Assembly (NCBI GenBank): GCA_964556135.1 | Contig: CAZKUY010000002.1 | Coordinates: 27,259-91,258 of the forward strand | Source: an uncultured Pseudomonadota bacterium | Lineage (GTDB): Bacteria > UBA10199 > JADFYH01 | Direction of reading: 5' to 3' | Length of the DNA: 64,000 nt | Part shown: positions 1-8,883 of the stretch, in pieces | Layout of the letters: every line of letters starts with the position of its first letter | Position numbering within the stretch: position 1 is the first letter of the stretch | Program-made: the position numbers and the translations under genes | Notes under the pieces: model-generated | What the model was told of the DNA's origin: nothing | The model's input: the letters and a program-made list of their open reading frames with translations, nothing else | Database searches by the model: none

Positions 1-102
1 AGTTTTTGAACCGATAACTCAAGAAGCACCGATTTATCCTTTTCAGGAGAAATCCCTTTTTTATACGCATGGGGCACAGCGCGTATTGGCTGCAGGTACC
101 CT

Positions 103-3100
103 ATGACTATCAATATTCGAACACTTCAATCTCTGCCGGAAAACTTCTTAAATGAGCACCCTGATTTAGAGGCCGTGTCTTTAGCAGATCGAGCGGACAT
201 TAATGGTGATGGTCAATTGGGTGAGGTCTCTGTCCCCACTAATACTGAAGGAGAGACTTTACAGTTCAATGAATTAGAATATTTACTCTATTTGCAAAGA
301 GCTCAAGAACGCAGTAATTCTTCCAGTTATAGCAGTGCCCAGCGCGCTAGTTATGCTCAAATAGCAGTGGGAGGAGAAGAGAGTCCTCGAAGTTTTCTCA
401 CCGAAAAAAGAGCCGGCAGACTCAATACCATTGCCTCAGATGCCACAGCTTGGGAACAGCGTTTAGATCAAGCTTTATCAGGGATTCGACTTTCGCTGAC
501 TGTTTACAATACCTTTCCTCGCACATTTCGAGATCACATTGCCCCCAATTATTTTCGTAGTTTGGCTCAAGCAGTCGTTCTTGACACTAACTCCAATGGA
601 GAAGTCACCGTTCAAGAAATTACCGATGCCAGCATTCATAATAGAGATGAACTAGCCGAAACTCGCTTCAATCGAATAGATGCAAACCATGATGGCAATA
701 TCAACTTGGAAGAATTTCGAGCTCATGTTCGCAGCCAAGGCATAGATCCTCACGCTGAGGAAGTTCAAGACGCTTTTGGACAAAGCGATGCTGATCATCA
801 AAATGGAATTAGTTTAGAAGAATATAAACGAGGGGGTCCAACGGATGCTGCCCTCAGACGGGAAGCTCAAAATCTGATCGTGAGTGCTTCGCAAGAAATG
901 AGGCAAGCTCAAGCTCGATTAGGGTCTACCATGTCTGAAGAATCAGAAGTCGATCGCCTCTCTTCGCGTCTTTCCGTTTTTGATTTAAGTTATATCGATC
1001 CTGCTCGACTCACGACCGACGTCTTGCAAGAAAATAATATTTTCCGAATTTTGAATTGGATGAAGACCTTATGCCCCAATCAAAGTTTCATTAATAGTGA
1101 AAGAGTGGATGAGCTTCTGAAAGAACGAGCACTCGATATGAGACCCTTAATGGGCAATATTGAGCGACTTTGTGCTGCAAGCACTCAGATGGCGACTCGA
1201 CTCTCCAGCGCTCCAGCTCCAGCAGGCGGCAACAATAATGAGAATCAAACCAGAGCGACTGAAATCCGACGAAATGTTGCCCTTTTAACGAGCTTCCGCG
1301 AAAGATTTAATAGTATTTCAAGTCATCACATTCTTACGGAAGCCGCGTTGACCCAAATTTTAGCCTCGCCCCTTGCCTTAAATGAAATAAAAACTGCAAT
1401 TGAAAGTTTAATCAATAACATCATCCCCAGTAACTCGCCGGAAAATGCACAATATCAGCAAAGCTTTAGAGCTCATTTGCAAGCGCTTTTACACCTTGCA
1501 GGAGCAGACTCCACTCTCACGCGCGAAGATCTCACCGCCTTGCTCACTAAAGACCGCATGAGAGTCATCTTATTAATGACTCCTCATTCACCCCGATTCT
1601 CAAATGAAGATGCGGTTAGTGAAGCGCTCACTGTAGTCGCTCAAGAATTTGTGGCAGATCGTATCCCCGGAGGTAATGAAGGTATTTTTCGTCGGATCCG
1701 CGAAGAAGGCTCTCGAAAAGGTTTGTCCAGCAGCACCATTGACCACATCATTACTCACATTCGAGAAGAAATGAGAAAAACGACACTTGGAGTGGATGAG
1801 CGTCCTCATTTCCTCGAAGCTCTCTGGCAAGGGTTTGCAGAAACCCAAATTGAAAACCCGGATTATGCGGTTTACCCTTTAAGTTCCGGTGAGCGCGTCA
1901 CTCGAATCGAAGGAAACCAATTTTTAGCCCGCGCTTTAATTCATTACACCTATCTGCATCCCGATAATACTTTAGAAATCGTTCAACGCACCGAACGCAA
2001 TGAGCTTTTCTTTCTGATCGAACATGTCATCGCGGGCGGCATTCGAGACAGAGCGCGCGCCCATGCTGGAGATGGTGCTCACGGAGCCTTCCATTATTTG
2101 TCCTATCTCGCTTTCAATCCTCTGACCCATCGACCTTGGCGGCAAAGAGGAGTGGATAATGCTGAAGCGCAGCACCGAGTTCGTCTACAAGCGGTTCAAG
2201 CCCTCAGAACCCGTTTAGAAGGCGGCAATGGAGATATTAATCTTGCAGCAGCAGTTGCGGGTTTGCAAAATGAAGAGCAAAGAAGAATTTTAACCGATGA
2301 ACTCCATGTTCAAGAACTCGAAAGAATTTATTACATTCCCAATTCTGCCGAACAAGAAATTGCCTTCACTCGCTTTGCGACTTACACCTTGAGAGATCAA
2401 GTCAATCCTGAACGTGGAATTTTAAGCGCATTTCGAAAACGCTTCGGTGTGACTAATATTCATACTCCCCGAGATTTGGTCTTTAACCAATGGCAATTAC
2501 GCAATGCTCCTGCAGCTGCCACCATCGATGACCGCATCATTCGCTACAGCGAACACACCGACATTCGAAACCAAGCAATCGCCGATCGTTTTGATTTACG
2601 AGGTAACGGCGGTGATTTAAGTCCGCTCCATTGGGGTGTTGAGTTTTCAGATGATGAAGCGAGCTTAGATGGTATCTCGGACGTCATAATGCAACAACTC
2701 ATGATCACCGGGTTCATCGCGGGCAGTGTTGGAGTCCTTCGCAGCACCTTAGGAATGGGTGGATTTTTAAACCGTGCGATCACTGGCGTTGAATTCATGT
2801 TGGCTTGGAAAAATCACACCAATCCCATCGCTCGCTTTTTCTATTGGCCCGCGCGCGCAGTGAGCGAAATTTTAAGCATTCCCCTTCACCGAGAATTAAG
2901 TTCGGAGATGAATCTCGTTAACCGAGGGGTCGTGACTTCTGAAGTGGACATGAGAATGGCCAACGTTATAGCCAATGTGCAAAGAACAAGTTGGAATAAT
3001 CGATTGGGTGGCTTCTTTTGGAATCAAGCCGCAAATCTTCAAGCCAACGGCTTGTTATTTAATCGTAATACCCAAACGGCTGCCGCCAACTTGCTTCGTC

Positions 3101-3945
3101 TTTCTCAAACCATGTTGAGAGTTTCTGAGGAACGTTTCGTAATGGCCGAACGCCTTTTAGGAGAGGCCCGCACGGCTTCTCGCGCTGGTGGAATCACCTC
3201 TCAAAAATTGACTGAAATTGAAGGTATGTTGGCTCGAGCTGCTGACCAAAGCCGCCAAGGTCATGCCTTGCGTGAGCTCGCGATCACTCAACAAAGCTCG
3301 ATCGGATTAAATACTCAAGCTTCCGTAGCTAGTGAAAGTTTAGCGAGAGCCTTAACTCAAGCCGAAGGCATTCCAACCATGGTGAGGTCCACTTCAGGTA
3401 TTGCAAATCTTGATGGTAGAATAGCGATTATTGAAACTCATCTTGCCCATTTAACAACAACCGGACAGCGTATTCAAGGCTTGTCCGTCTACCAGAGGCA
3501 ACTTGCTTCTCGCGGAGCTCTCGCCGGCGCAGGACTTTACGGTCTTGCAGCGCTCGCTGAAAATAGAGCAGCCGCTCAAGCAGCCGCGCAAATGGTGAAC
3601 CCTGCAGCGATCATCGCGCAAAATCCTGCTATGCAAGGTCAATGGCAACTTTACTTCTTAGGTTGGAAAATGTTGCACGATCAAACCTTAAGTGCAGAGT
3701 ATCGTAACAATCCGACTTTAAGAGAGTGGGCTTTGGAGCAAGGAATCAACACCGGAGAAATCTCTCAGGAAGTTCTCCAACAAGCCTACGAATCTCAACA
3801 AGGTTATCGTGGAAGCAGAATGGTTTACCGTAATGCTTTCCTGAACCCCCTTCGTGAGGCAGATGAACGTGAGCCTGTCCGTGGTGAGAATTTAACTTTC
3901 CCGGATCCTAACGGTATAAGATCTAACGAATCCGGCACTCCTTAA
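103..3945 (+). CDS. Large (1280 aa) hypothetical protein with multiple EF-hand Ca-binding loops (DANHDGNINLEEF, DTNSNGEVTVQEI, DADHQNGISLEEY, DINGDGQLGE) in the N-terminal ~270 aa, a long helical region, hydrophobic Gly-rich segments around aa 850-900 and an Ala/Gln-rich C-terminus
   Basis: ATG at 103 and an uninterrupted 3.8-kb ORF. Several 12-residue loops match the canonical EF-hand pattern D-x-[DN]-x-[DN]-G-x-[ILV]-x-x-x-E. No recognisable enzymatic motifs. Confidence 0.7.
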   Translation: MTINIRTLQSLPENFLNEHPDLEAVSLADRADINGDGQLGEVSVPTNTEGETLQFNELEYLLYLQRAQERSNSSSYSSAQRASYAQIAVGGEESPRSFLTEKRAGRLNTIASDATAWEQRLDQALSGIRLSLTVYNTFPRTFRDHIAPNYFRSLAQAVVLDTNSNGEVTVQEITDASIHNRDELAETRFNRIDANHDGNINLEEFRAHVRSQGIDPHAEEVQDAFGQSDADHQNGISLEEYKRGGPTDAALRREAQNLIVSASQEMRQAQARLGSTMSEESEVDRLSSRLSVFDLSYIDPARLTTDVLQENNIFRILNWMKTLCPNQSFINSERVDELLKERALDMRPLMGNIERLCAASTQMATRLSSAPAPAGGNNNENQTRATEIRRNVALLTSFRERFNSISSHHILTEAALTQILASPLALNEIKTAIESLINNIIPSNSPENAQYQQSFRAHLQALLHLAGADSTLTREDLTALLTKDRMRVILLMTPHSPRFSNEDAVSEALTVVAQEFVADRIPGGNEGIFRRIREEGSRKGLSSSTIDHIITHIREEMRKTTLGVDERPHFLEALWQGFAETQIENPDYAVYPLSSGERVTRIEGNQFLARALIHYTYLHPDNTLEIVQRTERNELFFLIEHVIAGGIRDRARAHAGDGAHGAFHYLSYLAFNPLTHRPWRQRGVDNAEAQHRVRLQAVQALRTRLEGGNGDINLAAAVAGLQNEEQRRILTDELHVQELERIYYIPNSAEQEIAFTRFATYTLRDQVNPERGILSAFRKRFGVTNIHTPRDLVFNQWQLRNAPAAATIDDRIIRYSEHTDIRNQAIADRFDLRGNGGDLSPLHWGVEFSDDEASLDGISDVIMQQLMITGFIAGSVGVLRSTLGMGGFLNRAITGVEFMLAWKNHTNPIARFFYWPARAVSEILSIPLHRELSSEMNLVNRGVVTSEVDMRMANVIANVQRTSWNNRLGGFFWNQAANLQANGLLFNRNTQTAAANLLRLSQTMLRVSEERFVMAERLLGEARTASRAGGITSQKLTEIEGMLARAADQSRQGHALRELAITQQSSIGLNTQASVASESLARALTQAEGIPTMVRSTSGIANLDGRIAIIETHLAHLTTTGQRIQGLSVYQRQLASRGALAGAGLYGLAALAENRAAAQAAAQMVNPAAIIAQNPAMQGQWQLYFLGWKMLHDQTLSAEYRNNPTLREWALEQGINTGEISQEVLQQAYESQQGYRGSRMVYRNAFLNPLREADEREPVRGENLTFPDPNGIRSNESGTP

Positions 3946-3949
3946 TTCA

Positions 3950-4597
3950 TTATTGAGGAGGAGGAAGCTTGGGGATAGGAGGATTCTGTCGCGTTGGCAC
4001 GGGTGCTATTTTAGTTCCTTTTTTTCCACTGGCTGGAGGCGCGAATTTATCGGGAACAGGTTCGTCATTATCCGCTCCTGCAGGAACCGCTCTCTCCAAG
4101 GATGAAGATGCAACCGCATCAAAATTTTGTTTCATGACGGCTGAATAAAAAGCAATGGATCTAAAACCTTGAAGCTCAATATTCTGCGGAAAAAATAAAT
4201 CAAAAGTTTGACTATATCCCATCTGAACGCCTGCCGGATATTCCACTAAATCTTTTACCTTGGGCGGAAGAATATCCCACACTCGAGGATCTTTAATACG
4301 CATCGACACAATCGCTTTTTGCTTACGGCCCCAAGCATCTTCAATGGTCCATTGATCATTATTCGGATCCAATTTGATCATATCGACGGAACGATTTGTG
4401 ATCGCCACGGTCAAAATTTTATAACCCGGAACCACTTCATCTAATTTTTGATCGTAAGTTGCATCAATGGTAATTCCCCAATTGGGAACATTGAGGCGTT
4501 GTGTGCTAGTTTTAGCTTCTTTTTTGGAGGGTACACAGGCGGAAATACCGGCCATGCAGAGAATGATTGAATAAGTAAAAAGCGTTTTTGTTTTCAT
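3950..4597 (-). CDS. Hypothetical lipoprotein with a Pro-rich C-terminus, last gene of the opp operon
   Basis: The ORF 3950..4666 has an internal ATG (MKTKTLF...) followed by a signal peptide with a lipobox (MAGISAC). The start was chosen to avoid overlap with oppF. It lies 7 nt downstream of the oppF stop. Confidence 0.55.
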   Translation of the reverse strand: MKTKTLFTYSIILCMAGISACVPSKKEAKTSTQRLNVPNWGITIDATYDQKLDEVVPGYKILTVAITNRSVDMIKLDPNNDQWTIEDAWGRKQKAIVSMRIKDPRVWDILPPKVKDLVEYPAGVQMGYSQTFDLFFPQNIELQGFRSIAFYSAVMKQNFDAVASSSLERAVPAGADNDEPVPDKFAPPASGKKGTKIAPVPTRQNPPIPKLPPPQ

Positions 4598-4604
4598 AAC
4601 AGCC

Positions 4605-5594
4605 TCATCCAAAATGGACTTTAGGAATTTTATCGGCAAAGTGACAAGCCACGGGATGGCCGACACCGTGCTCCTCTAACATGGGGATTTTTTGTTTGCA
4701 AATTTCTTCCGCGAATGGGCAGCGAGGGTGAAAAGCGCAACCTGAGGGAGGATTCATGGGTGAAGGAACTTCCCCTTGAAGAACTTTAACCCCTTTTCTA
4801 AATTTGGCTTTGGGTTCTAAAGTGGGCAAAGCTTTTAGTAAGGCCTGCGTGTAGGGGTGCTTACAGTTTTCGAGTTCACTCGCAGGGAATTTTTCAACAA
4901 TTCTGCCTAGATACATGACTGCGATCTCATCACTGATATGTTGCACCACCTTCAAATCATGCGAAATAAACAGATAGCTTAGGGAAAATTTTTCCTTTAA
5001 ATCCAGAAGAAGGTTTAAGATTTGAGATTGAATCGAAACATCTAAGGCCGAAACAGGCTCATCGCAAACGATGAGTTGAGGCAGTAAACTTAAGGCACGA
5101 GCGATGCCAATCCTTTGCCGTTGTCCCCCTGAAAATTCGTGTGGATATTTAAAAGCCGCCTCCGGGGGAAGTCCAACCTTTTTCAAAAGATCCGTTACTT
5201 TTTGTTCTCGCTCCAGTTTAGGAACCGTCCCTTGAATCTTCCAACTTTCCTCTAAAGTGGCTCCCACTGTCATTCGTGGATTTAAAGAAGAATAAGGATC
5301 TTGAAAGATGATTTGAAAATTCTTGCGGATTTGACGCAGGCCTTTGCCTTTGAGCTTCAGTAAATCTTGTCCTTGAAAAAGAATATTTCCGGAATCGGCC
5401 TGAACTAAACGCAAAATGCATCGAGCGAGCGTACTCTTTCCGCAGCCGGATTCACCGACCAAGCCCAAAGTTTTTCCTTCTTCAACAGTTAAATCAACGC
5501 CTTGCAAGGCATGGATATGGCCTTGAGTCTTTCCAAAAAAACCTCCCTTTACCGGGAATCTTTTCACCAAATTTTTTATTTCAAGGAGTGCCAT
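4605..5594 (-). CDS. oppF: Oligopeptide/dipeptide ABC transporter ATP-binding protein (OppF/DppF type)
   Basis: Walker A GESGCGKST, ABC signature LSGGQRQR, Walker B LIVCDEPVSALD and a C-terminal oligo_HPY-type Cys/His region. Confidence 0.9.
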   Translation of the reverse strand: MALLEIKNLVKRFPVKGGFFGKTQGHIHALQGVDLTVEEGKTLGLVGESGCGKSTLARCILRLVQADSGNILFQGQDLLKLKGKGLRQIRKNFQIIFQDPYSSLNPRMTVGATLEESWKIQGTVPKLEREQKVTDLLKKVGLPPEAAFKYPHEFSGGQRQRIGIARALSLLPQLIVCDEPVSALDVSIQSQILNLLLDLKEKFSLSYLFISHDLKVVQHISDEIAVMYLGRIVEKFPASELENCKHPYTQALLKALPTLEPKAKFRKGVKVLQGEVPSPMNPPSGCAFHPRCPFAEEICKQKIPMLEEHGVGHPVACHFADKIPKVHFG

Positions 5595-5607
5595 AGTCTT
5601 AAATTCA

Positions 5608-6690
5608 TCAATAATTAATGCATCTTACTTTTTGGCCTTCGCCGACATAATTCATTCGTGGAATGGATTCGCCGCATGCAATCACAGCGCGGGGACAACG
5701 ATTTGAAAAACGACAACCGGACGGCAGTTTCATTAAATTAGGTACCGTGCCAGAAATCGTATGAAGTTTTTCCCCTAAATTTCGATTCAACTGAGGGATA
5801 GAGTCCATCAATCCCAAAGTATAAGGGTGTTTAGGCCGTTTGAATAAAACTTCGCTGGGCGCATCTTCAACAATTTTGCCTGCATACATCACCATCACCT
5901 GATCGCAAGTTTGCGCCACCACACCCAAATCATGGGTAATCAAAATCATCGACATTTGCATCTCTTCAACCATCTCTGTCATGAGTTCTAGAATTTGCGC
6001 TTGAATGGTCACATCCAAAGCCGTGGTAGGCTCATCTGCAATGAGAATTTCTGGATTACAGGACAAAGCCATCGCGATCATGACGCGCTGACGCATTCCT
6101 CCGGACATTTGATGAGGGTAATCATCCACTCTTCGTTCTGCGTCAGAAATTTTTACTTTGCGCAGCATTTCAATGGCCTTCTCTCGGGCCTCTTTTCGAG
6201 ATAAGCCTTGATGGATTTGCACGGTTTCGATGATTTGCTCACCCACCGTAAACACGGGGTTCAAGCTGGTCATGGGCTCTTGAAAAACCATGGCTATTTT
6301 ATTGCCGCGAATTTTCAGCATTTTTTCTTCGGAAATTTGCAGGAGATCAATGGCATCGCCGCGTAACACGGGATCCTTATCTGCTTCGGATTTTGGAGTC
6401 GTTACCGCATTGAGATCCACACTTCCATCCGCATTGGCTCTTAAAGGTTCGTCCCATTCTTTTTCCACTGGCTTTTGATAATATAAAATTTTACCCGATC
6501 TAATTTTTCCGGGAGCATCGACGAGTCTCAAAATAGAAAGAGCTGTGACCGATTTTCCGCAGCCGGATTCTCCGACAATGCCCAGAATTTTCCCTTTTTC
6601 TAAGCTAAAGGAAATCTCGTCCACCGCCACCAAGCGCCCTTCTTCCGTGGAAAATTCTGTCACCAGATTTTTTACTTCGAGAAGTTTCAT
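5608..6690 (-). CDS. oppD: Oligopeptide/dipeptide ABC transporter ATP-binding protein (OppD/DppD type) with a ~40-aa insertion after Walker A
   Basis: GESGCGKS Walker A, MSGGMRQR signature and LIADEPTTALD Walker B. The start overlaps the oppC stop by 1 nt. Confidence 0.9.
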   Translation of the reverse strand: MKLLEVKNLVTEFSTEEGRLVAVDEISFSLEKGKILGIVGESGCGKSVTALSILRLVDAPGKIRSGKILYYQKPVEKEWDEPLRANADGSVDLNAVTTPKSEADKDPVLRGDAIDLLQISEEKMLKIRGNKIAMVFQEPMTSLNPVFTVGEQIIETVQIHQGLSRKEAREKAIEMLRKVKISDAERRVDDYPHQMSGGMRQRVMIAMALSCNPEILIADEPTTALDVTIQAQILELMTEMVEEMQMSMILITHDLGVVAQTCDQVMVMYAGKIVEDAPSEVLFKRPKHPYTLGLMDSIPQLNRNLGEKLHTISGTVPNLMKLPSGCRFSNRCPRAVIACGESIPRMNYVGEGQKVRCINY

Positions 6691-7760
6691 TAATTCTTCA
6701 ACCTCGGATCAATCGCATCTCGCAAAGCTTCGCCCACTAAATTATAGGAAGTAATCGTCAAAAAAATCGCCATGCCCGGAAATAAAGTCAGCCACCAAGC
6801 AATGTCTATGAAATCTCGCGACTGCGAAAGAATATCTCCCCAGCTGGGCGTCGGGGGCTGCACTCCAAAACCTAAAAATGAAAGTGAAGATTCCGCTAAA
6901 ATAGCGCTCGCAATGCCAAAAGTCGCAGACACTAAAACCGGGGCTAAAGTATTCGGAAAAATATGTCGAAACACAATGCGTGCCCAACCGGCGCCTTGAA
7001 CTTTCGCAGCCGCCACATATTCAATTTGCCTTTGCTTGAGAAATTCTCCGCGCACTAACCTCGCAATGCCCGTCCAACCCGTCAAACCAATCACAATCAT
7101 AATGTTATAAATGGAAGGACCCACAAAAGCTAAAACCGCGAGAATCAGAAAAAAAGTAGGAAAACAGATGACGATTTCAATCATTCGACTGATCACCATG
7201 TCGATTTTACCACCAAAATATCCCGCACAAGCGCCTAAGAAAATCCCGATCAATAAATAAATGCTCACCGCCACAAAGCCGACAGACAATGAAATGCGAG
7301 AGCCAAATATCATGCGACTCGCAACATCACGCCCCTGCTCATCGGTTCCCATGATGTGATCCCAAGAGGGAGCGGATAAAATTGAATCTAAATCGTATTG
7401 ACTGGGAGAATAAGGAATGGGCGCCCAAATAATTTCCACATCTTCGCGTTTCGCAAATTCAGGATTAGCAATGCTTTCGCGAGTTAAATCCGGGTATTTC
7501 ACCCAATAACTCGTCGGAAAAATTTCCCGCAAAATCGGAAAATAAACTTTTTCTCCGACCTTCACATAATAAGGCTCTGAATTTGCCAAGAGCGGAGCAA
7601 AAATCGCAACAGCGAAAGTGAAAAAAATCATCCACAAACCAATGCGCGCGAGAGAATTTTTACGAAAACTCCGCCATACGATGACCCAATAAGAAGGCGA
7701 ACGCTTCTTCGCTCGAATGAAGGTATCCGTATTTTGGATTTCTAAAGCCATAATTCCCAA
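6690..7760 (-). CDS. oppC: Oligopeptide ABC transporter permease (OppC/DppC type)
   Basis: Multi-TM protein with the BPD-transporter EAA-like loop (ALRDAIDPR at the C-terminus). Operon context. Confidence 0.85.
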   Translation of the reverse strand: MGIMALEIQNTDTFIRAKKRSPSYWVIVWRSFRKNSLARIGLWMIFFTFAVAIFAPLLANSEPYYVKVGEKVYFPILREIFPTSYWVKYPDLTRESIANPEFAKREDVEIIWAPIPYSPSQYDLDSILSAPSWDHIMGTDEQGRDVASRMIFGSRISLSVGFVAVSIYLLIGIFLGACAGYFGGKIDMVISRMIEIVICFPTFFLILAVLAFVGPSIYNIMIVIGLTGWTGIARLVRGEFLKQRQIEYVAAAKVQGAGWARIVFRHIFPNTLAPVLVSATFGIASAILAESSLSFLGFGVQPPTPSWGDILSQSRDFIDIAWWLTLFPGMAIFLTITSYNLVGEALRDAIDPRLKN

Positions 7761-8876
7761 CTACTCCGTAAGTTTGTCGAAACTAATTCTGGGATCAATC
7801 CACACGTAAAGTAAATCTGAAAGCAAAAGGGAGAATAAAGTAAGCAAAGCCTCTATCGATGCAATAGCCATAATCGTTGGATAATCTCGCGCCAAGACGG
7901 ATTCAAAACCTAGTTTTCCCATTCCAGGAATGGAAAAAATTTGTTCGATAATGACGCTGCCTCCGAGTAAAGCAGGCAATAAAGTTCCCATCAATGTGAC
8001 TAAGGGAATGAGCGAATTTCGAAAGGCGTGCTTCCAGATCACCATGCGCCTGGGCAGACCCTTGGCTTTTGCGGTTCGAATATAATCTTGGCGAATGACA
8101 TCCAACATCGTGGATCGAGAAAAGCGCGAAAGAAAAGCAAAACTTCCATAAACCATACAAACGATGGGCAAAACCAAATGCCAACCGACATCTAAAAGCC
8201 AGCGATACCAAGGCAAGGTTTCTGCTCCATCCGAAGCAAAGCCGACCATGGGAAACCAATTAAAACCATCCGCGCTCGAGAAAAGCATCATCAGAATCGT
8301 CGCCACCCAAAAGGTAGGCAGTGAATACAAAATGAATAAATTCACCATGACAACTTTGTCCGTGAGTGAATCACGCCGCAGGGCCGAATAAACGCCCAAA
8401 GGAATGGAAATAAGATAGACGATTAAAACTTCGATGAGATTTAAACTGAGGGTAATGGGCAGAGCTTCTTTGATTTTACTAATCACCGGACGATGATCCT
8501 TAAAACTTTCCCCGAAATCAAATTTCACAAAACGCTTCAACCATTGTCCATATTGAATCGTATTTTTCCCTAAGGCTTCGGCTGATTTGCGAAACCAATT
8601 TTCCGTTTCAACATCTTCTACCTTAAACACTTTAGCATTGATGCTGTGGATTCCATGCTCATACCAGCCCGGCAAGGGGGTATCGAGTCCGTATAATTTA
8701 TTGAGTTGATCTAATACTTCTTTTGAAATGGCTTGCGCTTTAATGCCTTCGCTGCCCTGAAGCTTCACAGACAAAGGACTGCCAGGAGCAAACTTGATGA
8801 TGAAATAGGTCATCAAGGTAATCCCCAAAAAAGTGGGAATAAGAAGCAAAATTCTTTTGAGAAGATAACTCTTCAT
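7761..8876 (-). CDS. oppB: Oligopeptide ABC transporter permease (OppB/DppB type) with an enlarged periplasmic loop
   Basis: The start MKSYLLKRILLLIPTFLGITL matches the OppB N-terminus. The internal ATG at 8876 was chosen over the ORF-track start at 8912 because 8912 overlaps oppA. Confidence 0.8.
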   Translation of the reverse strand: MKSYLLKRILLLIPTFLGITLMTYFIIKFAPGSPLSVKLQGSEGIKAQAISKEVLDQLNKLYGLDTPLPGWYEHGIHSINAKVFKVEDVETENWFRKSAEALGKNTIQYGQWLKRFVKFDFGESFKDHRPVISKIKEALPITLSLNLIEVLIVYLISIPLGVYSALRRDSLTDKVVMVNLFILYSLPTFWVATILMMLFSSADGFNWFPMVGFASDGAETLPWYRWLLDVGWHLVLPIVCMVYGSFAFLSRFSRSTMLDVIRQDYIRTAKAKGLPRRMVIWKHAFRNSLIPLVTLMGTLLPALLGGSVIIEQIFSIPGMGKLGFESVLARDYPTIMAIASIEALLTLFSLLLSDLLYVWIDPRISFDKLTE

Positions 8877-8883
8877 TGAATCC

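Noticed and set aside
1600-3648. Four short minus-strand ORFs (1600..1848, 1972..2175, 2544..2798, 3451..3648) inside the 1280-aa gene
   Set aside because: They are antisense to a long, well-supported ORF and have no RBS. They are typical frame artefacts.
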